Positions 50,701 to 63,050 of a stretch of DNA of 64,000 nucleotides are shown here, in pieces. The notes below the pieces were generated by a model. The model was given only the letters and a program-made list of their open reading frames with translations. It was not told the DNA's origin and made no database searches. The stretch's first letter is position 1; each line of letters opens with the position of its first letter. The translations under genes were made by a program, and so were the position numbers. The DNA comes from Lepidodermella squamata (taxonomy: Eukaryota > Animalia > Gastrotricha). The stretch spans positions 2,542,001 through 2,606,000 of the forward strand of contig JBLDXI010000007.1 of NCBI GenBank assembly GCA_047495785.1. The letters are read 5' to 3'.

Positions 50701-51838
50701 AAGACTTTGAAAATGCAAGCCGTGGCAAAATTCGTCCATTTATAACTCGTCTCTCAATATTCCTCAACATAAGTTATTATCAATTCGTGATTTTATTCAA
50801 CTTGTTGAGGTACATACAATCTTTTTGCTGTCATCTTTTGTTAGTGGAGGATGAAGGAGCTGACAAGAGCGTTATTCTAACAACAAAACCAACGTACATT
50901 CTAACAAGAGCGTTATCCATAGATTGCAACGCTTGCGGATTCAAGCTTGTTCCTATTATTTCAATCAATGTAACACATATTGCTGTAAATAAAATTAGAA
51001 GGATCCATGACCAATAATTACGTCCCCAACATAGAGTTGAATAAAAAAATATCTGAATTTCAAAATATAATTGGGCTTCCAGGTCGAAGCCGGGTGGCAA
51101 AAAATGGAACTCTGATTTGGCTTCGAACAAATATTCATTTTACTGGCCTTATTAGCTACAGGTGTGCTTATCTGTCGTTCCTCACGGCATTTTCGCTTTC
51201 AATACTCGAAATAGAGTTGCTTTTATCATATCATCATCTCAATCCTCGTTTTATAACCTCAAAAACGATATCACTATGGGAAAGCATTTTATAGGCGGAA
51301 TGTGCACAGTTGATTCTAACAATTTATTATCGTATGTTCCCAAACGTGGAAGATGGAGGCGATATAGTAGCCAATCGATATATTTGCAGTGCGTTAACTT
51401 GTCACTCCAACTGGAGATTTCCAGTCTTCGCTGATCAGAGCAGCCGATCTATACGATACGATTTGACGTCGAGCATCGATTGTGAAATGAGAAAGAGAAT
51501 GAACCCGAATAAACGGTAGCTCGATGTGATAGTAGCCAATCAATACATCATTGCTGTAGCTTGTGTGCCTCGGTCACGAATACAGGGTGATCTGAAATCT
51601 GAATGGAAGTTTGTTGCTATAACGATGCGGTTTGAGTGGGGATGACACCTGAGACAATCATGCCTCATACTTAACGTTATCGGCAAATTCCTAACCGGGT
51701 GAGCACTATGCAACAACGCCTTTCTAAACACGGAATTGCAATAGAAAATTGCATGCAGGATGAAATCTGCGAACCATAGGTGAGAGTAATCGATAGTTCT
51801 AGTTTTAACAAAATGCTTTCATTGTTGCTAGTATAGAT

Positions 51839-54689
51839 ATGTCTTTTATAGGCAAAAGGATGAATCTACTCTGTATAAACTTGACTATCCTTATTTCATT
51901 CCCAACTATCACTTTAGTGAGATCGGATGATGCGTGGAGTACAGCCGATTACTTGGTCAATGTTTTGCCCATGGGGACAACACCATATGTTGAAACGAGC
52001 GCCACTTCAAAGGGAGAGTGCATTCTGAGCTGTTACCAAAACGACGCGAAACAAGAATGCGATTCGTTCGCCTACAGCCAAGCCAAGAAATCCTGCAAAT
52101 TGTACGCCCATCCCATCACGCAGGTAATGCCAGTTCCAGGTAATGGCAGCTGGATATCAGACACTGATAATGGCCACCAAATATTTTACAAGGTAAGTAC
52201 ATTCGATTTCGCTCTTTCCTGCAGTTCAGGGCATTTTCCAGGGCAAATTTTGTCCACCTGGATGGTTTGCCGACTACGCAACTTCTCAATGTTATTTTGT
52301 TGATTTGACGCCTGTTAATCGGGGTGGTGCCTGGTCCATTTGCGAGAAACGTTTCATGTCACGACTGGCTACCTTTGAAACGCGAGAGCAAAGAAACTAT
52401 CTATACAAAATTCTTGACAATAATTTCGCTGCAGTCAGTCAGCAAATCTTTTGGACCGGATACAACCGCTTCACGAGATACCACTGGTCTCGCCCGGTCG
52501 AAGAAATCCCTGGATACATCAAGGGCTATGGTTTCAACTCCGAGACGAACTATCCCGGCGTGTTCATAAACAAAGCAGGCTTCTATCCTTACCTAAATGC
52601 TAAAGAACCCCAAGCCTGCGCAAAGATCTGTTCAGGAAGTCTCAAAGACAGATGCACTGGTTTCGTTTGGGGAGTCTCAACTAACAGATGTTGGTTCCAG
52701 AGAGCAATGCCTCGTTTTAATTTTGATAACAGAGGGATGATGACAAATTGGACGTACTATCGTATAGGTGATGCGAATTTACGAATCCTAAAAGACAAGT
52801 TTTCTAACAAAGATGTTTTGTATGCAGTCGGGAGGCCAAAAATGACCATATATCCACAATTCGTGTTTCCTGGCAACGATCTAGCATCATCAGCAGTGCC
52901 TGTTACATCGGTTTACCAATGCCAGCAGCTATGTCTGAAGTAAGATCAGCTTGAAGATTAGCATTCTCGATATTTCTGTGATGTAGCTTTCCCAATTGCG
53001 TTGCGGCCGAGTTGATTAACGGCGGTACATCTTGCTACCCCAAGTTTGCAGCTGGCGTATTTGGCAATTCACAACCTGTCCGTGAATCATTAGTATTGAA
53101 CGGTAAGAATAAGACCTATTTCTATTATCTAGTACTTACTCAATGACTTAACATTTCTTAGATGTGATTCCGAACAGCCCGTGCTTCGACACTGTTCGAT
53201 ATCGAGATGTTTGCTTACGGAACACTATTACTCAAAACGGCGATTTTGACGCCGCTCAAAGGGTCTGTCGCGATATTGGAGGTCGCGTGCCTATGTAATC
53301 GAAGGTTTCGAAAAATGAAGTTTAAAATTAGTCGATCTTTCTTAGCCCGGAGGATGGAATTCAAAAGTCTATTGCATGGGGTTCCTACGCCTCCTACGCT
53401 ATCGGTAGGGGTTGGCATAATGGTATTTACAACGGTTCTGCTTATGTTACCACTGACGGCATACCTGTTAACGATACATCTATCGCATTCTCGAAGTAAT
53501 TTTATGAACAAAAAATCTTGGATAAATATTTTCTTTCAGAAATGCCACCAACGTGACAGGGAACGTTATGACATTCATGGGAGCTCTTTCATACACTTCG
53601 CAATTCGGAGGATATGCTTTGATGTATGACGAAGTCGCCAGGGCAAATAACACCATCCCTGTACATTGCGAACATCGTAAGACTTTCTTCTCTTTAAGAA
53701 ACTGTGGGGATTTCTGTGTGATTTTGCAGCTACTGCTAACAACTGGCCGATAGATTGCCGCTTCACTCCGGCAGGTCGAGAGTATATGGGCTTCTCCTCG
53801 GTAACAATCAACGGCAATTTGTGCAAATCTTGGTCAACTACGCCATTCGCTTCTAGCAACACCCTCTTCGTGGACTACACGACTTCGCACAACTATTGCC
53901 GGAACCCTGATTCTTCGGTATTTCCCGAGCCGTGGTGCTACGACTCGATTACAAATATTCCGGCGCAGTGCATGCCTATTCCAATGTGCCGTAAGAAAGG
54001 ATTGAATTCTACGAATTGTCGATTTTCGAAATTTTTCCAGCTGAATCTGACTGGGATCCGGTTAACGCAAAATTAATGGAAGATTTGTACATGGGCTACG
54101 CTGCGATGGTTCCAAACGCTGTCTCTACCGGCGACTACAACTGGCAACCTTACAGCAAGTGGTGGACAGCTCTGCCCGTCTGCAGACTGCCGATGAATGA
54201 GTGGTGTGAGATTTCATTTAAATCAAGCTGCTACAAGGCCTATCCATTTTCTTCTACTTACGACGAGGCGAAAGCGATTTGTCAAATGAACGGTTGGCAG
54301 CTGATAGAAATAAACTCCCTCGCGGAGCAAAACTTCATACAAACAATTTTCGGCTCGATCATAAGTGAGTTCTACCGATAAGATAATGTTATCTTCAGTG
54401 TAACCCAACAAATAAGGAGAAACGGTCTGAGAATACTACAACCTTGTGTTTTGTTTCAGGACTGCGCCAGCAAAGTCTGGGTGACAACAACTGGATCGGA
54501 CTGACAAATTTGGGCGGCAACTGGGCGTGGGAATCTGGCAAGCCTATAACTTATTTGAAGTGGGACGCAACAGCTGCCATTACTGCCGGTAACAGGCGCG
54601 GAGCCTTCCACTCAGGTTCTATGACTTGGTTTGCATATGATGGAACATCCAGAAGAAGGTTCCTTTGTGAACTAGACATGAACAAGTGA
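51839..54689 (+). CDS. Secreted PAN/C-type lectin/kringle mosaic protein, copy 3 (multi-exon)
   Basis: Same exon order and motifs as copy 2. Confidence 0.85.
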
Positions 54690-54754
54690 AAGCCTTGCTC
54701 CATTTGTTAGAACAATTCTCTCCATGCATTCTATGTTCTCAAGATTAGCATTTC

Positions 54755-55055
54755 CATTGTGTTTGAGGTTGTAAGTTGAAAAAAATCCGCACGCTGATTG
54801 GTCAGTTGGCTCGTATCCATGACTCCGCCTTGCTACTTGATCGTGCGATCTATATAATTTGTGGCTTTTATTATTTTTATGAAGGCCGTATCGTAGCACG
54901 CGTTTCCAACAAATGCGTAAAACCATTCATAAAAAGATATTTTTTGCAAACATTTTATGGATCGCACGATCAAGTAGCAAGGCGGAGTCATGGATACGAG
55001 CCAACTGACCAATCAGCGTGCGGATTTTTTTCAACTTACAACCTCAAACACAATG
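54755..55055. mobile_element. MITE, 301 bp, with ~96-bp near-perfect TIRs
   Basis: CATTGTGTTTGAGG...CCTCAAACACAATG; TC on both sides is a possible 2-bp TSD. Confidence 0.85.
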
Positions 55056-55785
55056 TCATATAAACTCATTACGGCATAGGACATGTATAATAGTTTATAA
55101 TCCACCCTCGCTTGTGTGATGATAGGCGCACAGTCTTTGAGTCTGTCAGCCAAAAAATGGAATAAAACTCTTATAATACTGAAAGTACTAATAATACTGA
55201 GGCACACAATCAGAGAAGTGTTCCGGCAACGCTTGAAATGCGAATAGCCTCATTTTAACCACTTTCCTTATATTATTGCCTTATTTTAATATCCCACTTC
55301 CACATTGACATTAGCACCAAACTTGCCGAATAAAATAAAATTCACATAACATCACATAACGTCAATAAAGCAATGGCTGAATTTATCTCGCCAAGTAGAC
55401 GAAATTGGTCCGGCTTTGCCATAATGTCGCTAGGTATTTTCCAGTTTCGCAATTTCGGCTCAACCATCTTTATAATGTTACTGTGATTCGAAATCGCACG
55501 AAAATGGCCCAAAACAAAATGATAAATGATACGCTCAACCTGTATGGATTTTTATCAACCTCTCAGTTACTTTAAATAGCGGAATTTCAAAAGAGTTTGA
55601 GAATTAAAAATCAGATAAAATAATTGAGCATTATATTTGGCGTTGCGTAATTCAAGGAAATCCAAGCCGATTTACACTGGCAAAGGCCCTCATTGATCTG
55701 TCAGTCAACAAAATGGCATCAACGGTACCCCTGCATTCAGACGAACAACAGAAACGAATTTTCTAACGGTTAACTTATTTGCTAG

Positions 55786-55818
55786 GAGTGGCAAACAGGG
55801 TGTTAGTAGCCAATCGAT
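55786..55818 (+). promoter_or_regulatory. Conserved upstream motif (CCAAT box overlapping ATCGAT), shared with lectin-gene upstream regions
   Basis: 30/33 identity to 57614-57646. The last 20 nt are identical to 10886-10905. Related copies at 46633-46652, 51365-51379 and 51530-51544. Confidence 0.6.
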
Positions 55819-56095
55819 AGGAAATACCGAGGCTGGAGAAGGCATGTATAGTTTCACTGGAAACAAATCGAAGAACAAAAGACTCATAGGCATTTCTCCA
55901 CTCTTGTGCTACTTGTTCAAAATTCAAATCTCAAACATATTTCTATGCTGCTGCTAGATAAGACGGGTATGACTGGTTGTCCAGAAGACAGCTCCGAGTA
56001 TTAGGCTTATGCAATCCTACTTTGCATGCGCCATCTTCGCTTATTCTGATGTTTCCATTCGATAATTTGGTGCTTAGTAACATAATAGGTTCAGC

Positions 56096-57301
56096 ATGAA
56101 GATAAAATTTGCTTACTTTCTCATTAATTTGTTGCCACTGGTGATTCACAGCGAGGAAGAGGCAAGCAATACCCTATTTGATCGACTCAAGAGCAGTTTC
56201 TTCGAACACTGCCCAGCCGCTCAATCAAAATATTTGCCTCTAGAGACGATTCGCTGGAACAGATTGACGGGAGAAAACAATGACAACTTCATCACTGTGC
56301 AGGTATCTTTGTCTTTATTTCGTTTTCTCGAGATCAACGACGTCGACCGACGGCTTTCGGTTTTGGGGGAAATAGAATATTTTTGGAATTACCCCTGTCC
56401 GAACATCACCTGCCAGAATCTTTTGGACGGCGACGATTTAGCTGTTTGCAACAGTACAGCGCTACACTTTACGGCTTCAACGCAGGACTATTGGTACCCC
56501 ATTTTGACGCATGTAAATGCATTCGAAAGAGCTCGTCTATCGGCTGATGATCTTACAGCTTTGCCAATGCGGATATTTCCCCTAATGCCAACGGGTTACC
56601 TTTCGCACTTTGCGCGTTTTGACTCAACCTGTAAATCATTTCAATTCAACCAATTCCCCTTTGACTCGTTGAATTGCTCGATTATGCTGGACACGGATGA
56701 TCACTTCGTAGTTTACGACCCGATTTCGCTGGCTATCGACAGTGGTTCGATATCGTCTTTCATAAGAGACGTAGAGCTATGGGAACTCAAAAATCTAGCT
56801 CCTCGGCGGGTTATGATAAAATATGTCGATAGCGACATCCCAACAGCCTACAGCCGAGTTTATTTTTCGATGCTTTACAAGAGGAAGCCGTTCTTCTACA
56901 TCTGCAACACGTTCCTTCCAACAATGCTGCTTTCTGTAGTGCAAATAGCGTCACTTATCGTGCAGCCTGATTCAGGAGAAAGGGCAAACTTATGTGTCAC
57001 GATTATGCTGGCTTACACAGTAATTCTAACTATGATATATGACCAGATACCGCGAACCTCAGAACCTGTCTATTTGGTTTACATGGTTGTTACCAAGTTC
57101 GTGATCGGTGGATTCATCACAGTATACATGATTTTCATCTGGCAGCTTGGTATCAAACCCAAGACGGGCAAAAAGAAGCTCAAAGACACATTTGGTAATT
57201 TGCCGGCCGCGCGAATCGCTGACCTAGCGATAGCTGGCATATCAACGATATCCGTCATAGTTTCCGACGTAATGTATTTCAGTTATATGATGGCTGGGTG
57301 A
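56096..57301 (+). CDS. Divergent pentameric (Cys-loop) ligand-gated ion channel subunit, nAChR/5-HT3-like, intronless, 401 aa
   Basis: Signal peptide, WYP motif, Cys-loop C..FPFD..C, W-E-L, pre-M1 KRKPFFY, DSGER before M2, M2-M3 IPRTS and four TMs. Confidence 0.9.
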   Translation: MKIKFAYFLINLLPLVIHSEEEASNTLFDRLKSSFFEHCPAAQSKYLPLETIRWNRLTGENNDNFITVQVSLSLFRFLEINDVDRRLSVLGEIEYFWNYPCPNITCQNLLDGDDLAVCNSTALHFTASTQDYWYPILTHVNAFERARLSADDLTALPMRIFPLMPTGYLSHFARFDSTCKSFQFNQFPFDSLNCSIMLDTDDHFVVYDPISLAIDSGSISSFIRDVELWELKNLAPRRVMIKYVDSDIPTAYSRVYFSMLYKRKPFFYICNTFLPTMLLSVVQIASLIVQPDSGERANLCVTIMLAYTVILTMIYDQIPRTSEPVYLVYMVVTKFVIGGFITVYMIFIWQLGIKPKTGKKKLKDTFGNLPAARIADLAIAGISTISVIVSDVMYFSYMMAG

Positions 57302-57933
57302 TTTTCTCTCGATCGCTGTCCTCTTATGATTTCCTATCTTTCCCCCTTGAAGCTTCATTGAATATTTAAAAAACAAATAAAGAAAAAGAAATGAACAATA
57401 TGCTCCATATAACAGGCTGCAATTTCGGATCTCGGAAGTTCGCTGTTTTGAGCTTTCGAATGACGAGAAATAAGCTTTTTATTGCCGTTTATTGTTTAAT
57501 ATCACCGCATTTGGTCATCATTCATCATCTACCAAGCCGATTAGTAAATGCTGTAAATGTTTCAAGTCCATCTCCTTCCTAAGCTACTTGTTCAGTTTAC
57601 GATGATGAGCTATGAGTGGCACACAGGGTGTAACTAGCCAATCGATTAAGATTACCGCAGTTGAAGTAAGACTAATACATTAAAAACACAACAAACTTGG
57701 GAGATTTTTCGTGATGAAAATATACGTCCTATGAAGGCGAGGTTTCCAAGAGTAGACAGACAGAAAATCGTTGCTCGATCAACAATTTTGAGAGTCATCA
57801 ATTCAATAAAAAGATTCACGCTGGTAGTGACACTCACGCAAGAAAATTGAAGCATCGCTCACATCGATTGAAGCAAAAAATTAGCAGGAAGCAACGATTT
57901 AGTCTTGCGTTCTTGTTTTACCAACTTTCGACA

Positions 57934-60796
57934 ATGATTAAGCTTTCCGTAATTGGGAAAACCATCATTGTATCAATACTCAGCAACGTAGCAATGAATT
58001 CCAACGATACGTGGACAACAGCAGATTATCTTATGAATGTCCTACCCATGGGCATATCGCCTTTTGTCGAAACGAAAACCAAGTCAAAGGGCGAATGTAT
58101 CATGAAGTGTTACAAAAACGATGCAAAAGAAGAATGCGATTCTTTCGCCTACAGCGAAATTAAACAGTCCTGCAAATTGTACACGCATCCGAGTACGCAA
58201 AATATGCCAGTTCCAGGTAATGGCAGCTGGCTGTCGGACACTGATAATGGCCATCAAGTGTTTTACAAGGTGCAAGGTTTTGCAAATCTCATTATATCAT
58301 TCTATCAATTTTGAACTTAGAGCAAATTTTGCCCGCCTGGCTGGTTCGCTGATTTCAATACTTCTCAATGCTACTTCATAGATACGACGCCCGTTAACCG
58401 CAGAGATGCCTGGGCGGTTTGTGAGAGACGTTTCATGTCGCGTCTGGCTACCTTCGAATCGGCGGAGCAACGTGACAATTTTTACGCAATTCTTGACAGC
58501 AACTTTGCGGCAGTCAGTCCTCAAATTTTCTGGACGGGGTACAACCGTTTTACAAGGTTCCATTGGTCACGGCCAGTCGAAGAAATCCCTGGATACGTCA
58601 AGGGCTACGGCTTTAATAGCGAATCGTCTTACCCTGGTGTTTTTATCAATAAAGCAGGCTTCTATCCTTATCCGAATGCTAAGGACCCTCAAGTCTGCGC
58701 AAGGATTTGCTCTGGCAGCCTCAAAGATAGATGCACGGGTTTCCTGTGGGAAGTCATAAATGGTAGATGTTGGTTTCAGCGAGCAGTGCCCCAATACAAC
58801 TTTGACATTGGAGTCAGAGGAATGATGACTAATTGGACTTATTACAGGCTAGGTAACTTGGTAATAATATTGAGCCCGATTTTTAACGGTTAATGCCCTT
58901 TACAGCCGGAAGGCCGCAAATGACAATATATCCACGATATACTTTTCCTAACAACGGTATAACTGCGGCGAAAATTCCGATAACATCTACATATCAGTGC
59001 CAGCAGATATGCCTCAGGTAAAATTGAACTAAAAAAGAATTTAACTTAAGCCTGTTTATCAGTTACCCTAATTGTGTAACCAGCGAGATTATGGACGGCG
59101 GGGCGAATTGTTGGCCGAAGTTTTTAATGGCTAATATAGCAGGTACTATAGTTGCTAATGCCGAATCCTTAGTATTGAACGGTAGGGTTTAATTTCATGG
59201 TTAATTCATAATGTTTCTTGCACGCTTCTTCCTTGACAGATATCCTTCCGAATAGTCCGTGCTTTGACACCGTTAGATATCGCGATGTCTGCTTGCGAGC
59301 AGCTCTCACCCCGAATGGAAATTACGACTCGTCTCATGGCACATGTCGCGATATCGGCGGCCGCGTACCAATGTGAGGCTCTATATTCTCTCGTGTGATT
59401 TTTGTGATTGATTATCATGCCAGCCCGGAGGATGGTTATAGGAAAGCTGCGGCTTGGACCGCCATTATGGATAGCTACAATACTGGAACGGGTTGGCACG
59501 ACGGAATATACAACGGAACAATGTACGTAACAAATGATGGTTTCCCAGTGAACGACACCAACATGAACACTTGGCCTGTTATGAAAAAGTAATTTGAGTG
59601 TGATATATTGAATCAGTTTTACATGTGACCCGCACAGTACCACGACTACTAACATAACTGGTAATGTTCTAACGAATAAGGGGGATAAAGCTCTGTCTGG
59701 CACCGCTGGTTTTACGCTTCAGTATACTGAGACAGCCAAGACAGACACAACTTTGTCAACTCAATGTGAACATCGTGAGAGAATATTACAGCTTCACGAT
59801 TGAAGACTTGATTTCTTCACTTTCTACAAAGCTACGTCGAACAGCTGGCCGCTCAACTGCCGATTCACTCCAGCAGGCCGAGAATACATGGGTTCCGCAT
59901 CGACAACCATCAACGGCAATGCCTGCAAAACATGGTCATCTACGCCATTCACAGCAAAACGCTTGTTCGTGGACTACACGATTTCTCACAATTACTGCCG
60001 AAATCCTGATGCTTCTGTACTACCGGAGCCCTGGTGTTACGACTCGGCCACGAATCTGCCTACTCTGTGCTATCCGATTCCAATGTGCCGTAAGATTGAG
60101 ATTTTCAACATCTGCATTTCGAGAACAATTTATTTCCAGCGGAATCTGACTGGGATCCGAATACTGCGAAGCTGATGGAAGACCTGTTCATGGGCTATGC
60201 TGTAGTGACTCCGAACCCGGCAGTACAGGGTGACTACAACTGGCAGCCGTATAGTAAGTGGTGGAATGCTCTGCCCGTCTGCCGCCTACCGATGAATGAA
60301 TGGTGCGAGATTTCGTTCCGATCAAGCTGTTACAAACACTTCCCACTGTATCAAACGTATGACGAGGCAAAAGTCACCTGCCAGATGAATGGCTGGCAGC
60401 TGCTGGAGATAAATTCCCTCGCTGAGCAATATTTCATCCATACCCACGTTAATTCGATCGCAAGTGAGTATATTTTGATTGCTTATTCTAGTGACAGCGG
60501 TAAAATTGTGTTATTATGCAAAATTACGAAAGGCTTCAAATAATGATTTATATTTCCTTAAAGGAAGGCGTCAGAAAGGACCTAATGAGCATACAATGCT
60601 TGGGCTCACCAATGCCAACGGTACCTGGGTGTGGGAATCGGGCAGGCCTGCTACGTACACTAACTGGGATGTGAACGCTGGTCAAGCTAATCCCAACAGA
60701 CGAGCGTACGTTAATGCGTTTTCAAGCGCTTGGTTTACCATGGACCCGACTATAAAGAGATGGTTTTTTTGCGAGCTTGAGATGTTCAGATCATAA
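57934..60796 (+). CDS. Secreted PAN/C-type lectin/kringle mosaic protein, copy 4 (multi-exon)
   Basis: ATG at 57934 (MIKLSVIGKTIIVSIL); same exon order and motifs as copies 2 and 3. Confidence 0.85.
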
Positions 60797-61122
60797 AATT
60801 GTCATTATTCGCTAAACTCTGTCAATTTGGTAATCTCCTTTCGCGTGATTTTTCCGCTTTGTTTATGCGTGAACTCATGGGTGTATCAGTGGGTGACTCG
60901 TCAACCTTCAACACTTGACCCCGAAACGATCTTATTATATGAGTTAATTCTTAATAAATGTTAATCACGCTTATTATTTAAATCAACATTTTGAATACCA
61001 TCTTCATTTTCAACGGGTGACATTTTGTAATTACAGTCAAATAAAATTAACTAATGATAAAAAAGTTGTTATCGAATAGTGTCAAATAACTGTTCACCGG
61101 TCGATTCGCTCGCATTCACAGT

Positions 61123-61476
61123 TCACCGGCGTCCATATCCGAGAATAGGCAGGACGAACTCGCGATGGTTCGGATTGTACGGTTGGACCCAAACATTGCT
61201 CAGCGATTTCTGCTCAGCTGCAGGTTCGACAACAATGTCACCGTCGGACAGGTCGTCATCCATAATCAGGTCATTGATCGCCTCAATATTGTTGAATATA
61301 TCGTTATTCAATTGGTTCTGTTATGAAAAGGAAGGCTTGGGACAGATACGAATTACTGAAACTCGACTAACGTAATATTGTTTCGCCGGTGCCATCGGAC
61401 CGCCATAGACTGTTACAACCAAAATGGAAGCCATCGAATACAGGATGAGACATTTAAAAAACTTCGAATTTGCCAT
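61123..61476 (-). CDS. Putative amidated-peptide precursor 1; exons 61476-61372 and 61317-61123
   Basis: Signal peptide MANSKFFKCLILYSMASILVVTVYG, a 54-nt in-frame GT-AG intron and an acidic spacer; ends R-EFVLPILGY-GRR-stop. Confidence 0.75.
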
Positions 61477-62200
61477 GTCTTTGAATAATATTTTTAAGTT
61501 TACAGGAAATGCGTCTCTTCGCCGCATTTATAGCTTGAAAATAACGATGCTAATTCTTGTAAACAGTAACGCTCGTTTTAACACGTCCCTGTAGGGTTCG
61601 AAAAGGTTGTAAGCAACGCGATAATCAAATGATAATGGATTTTCAGTCCTTGGCTAGACATATTTTCATAAAATCACTTCAGAATGAAAATCCATTCAGC
61701 ATTCAGTAGACAAAAATACCCCATTTTTTTATTTTCGAACTTTGGACGCTACGTTATTGGGAAATGCTGTAATTTTGGGGTATTCAACGCCCAATAGAAG
61801 CACTAAACTGTTGCCATAAGGATGTTATAAATTTTTAAACGAATGAATCAATTGATAGTCCATGGGGAATTAGCTGCAGAATTGTCTTCAAATGTAGTTA
61901 TTCGTAGCGGTGAAAGCGGGGGTTTAGGGGCTGCATTCTTGCTAGAAGACACATCTTTCGCTGATGAACCTGTGGTGCAATAAAATTTTTCAATGAGTCC
62001 TAAGTCTCAGAACTGCACTCAAAAAAGCAACCCAATAAGCAGGTTTCATGAAAAATATTTATTTTGTAAATCTTTTGAACGGCATGCCAGAGCCAATATC
62101 AACATCAACTGATTGCTGAGTGTCATTTTACATTTTACATCGAAATATCTAATTTCGTGATATTTACCAATGATTATTTCCTAATAGAGGGTAATACGAT

Positions 62201-62612
62201 TTAACGACGACCCAAGCCAACGATAGCTGGCTCAAATTGGCGGTAGGAGTCGTCGTAATCTGATGCGATTTTGTTATAGTCATCTTCATCGTCATTTTCA
62301 GCATCGTTCATACTGCTGCCGTAAGGATTGTAGGGTGCTGCATTCATACTGTCTCCAGATTTCAGTGATGGGTGGTTCCCTTGTAAGCCCATTCGAGGAT
62401 CGTATCGACGCTTGATAAAATTTCACAAAAACTTAAAAAATGGAAAAAATGAAAGAAGTACGAAAAATAATTTCCCACAGAGCTAGGCTCCGTCATAATT
62501 AATTTTAGGAATTTTCCTTAGAAGCCTCTTTTACCTGGAGAATAAGTCCATATGCTGCATCGTGGGCCATCAAATAAATGACAGCAAATACGAAGCACAG
62601 TTTGATAAACAT
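62201..62612 (-). CDS. Putative amidated-peptide precursor 2; exons 62612-62535 and 62410-62201
   Basis: Signal peptide MFIKLCFVFAVIYLMAHDAAYG, a phase-0 GT-AG intron and an acidic spacer; ends R-QFEPAIVGL-GRR-stop. Confidence 0.75.
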
Positions 62613-63050
62613 GTTGACGAAGGAGTTTGATATATTCGAAAATATTTTGAAAATAGAATTATGTGGAATCAGGCTTTATTCCGGTCAAAGCGTTAAAACG
62701 TGGGATTGTCAAATGTGGGCGGCAGTTGTGACCAGTACAGCTGATTGCTGAGTGCTAACACGAGCTAATTAAGAGACCGCTATTCAATTCTCTTCGGAGT
62801 TTTCGCCATCAATAATTCATAGGCTTCCACACTTCCACGCTCCTCTGAGAGCGGCCCATCGCATGATACTCAGTTATATGACGTCACACGACACATTTCA
62901 AGGTGGAAAGTTATTTTAATAGAAAAAATGTATAACCTGACAGATCTAAGTGGTCAAAGTCGCAGGAAAATTCAGAAAATATTAAGCGGAACATTTTGTT
63001 GAGTTATGGTGATTTTAAGTCTGAAATAATATAGGTTTATCATTGGACAT

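Noticed and set aside
50831-51130. Hydrophobic 99-aa minus-strand ORF, possible M3-M4 relic of a second channel gene
   Set aside because: Non-ATG start and no diagnostic motif; similarity is too weak to call without an HMM search.
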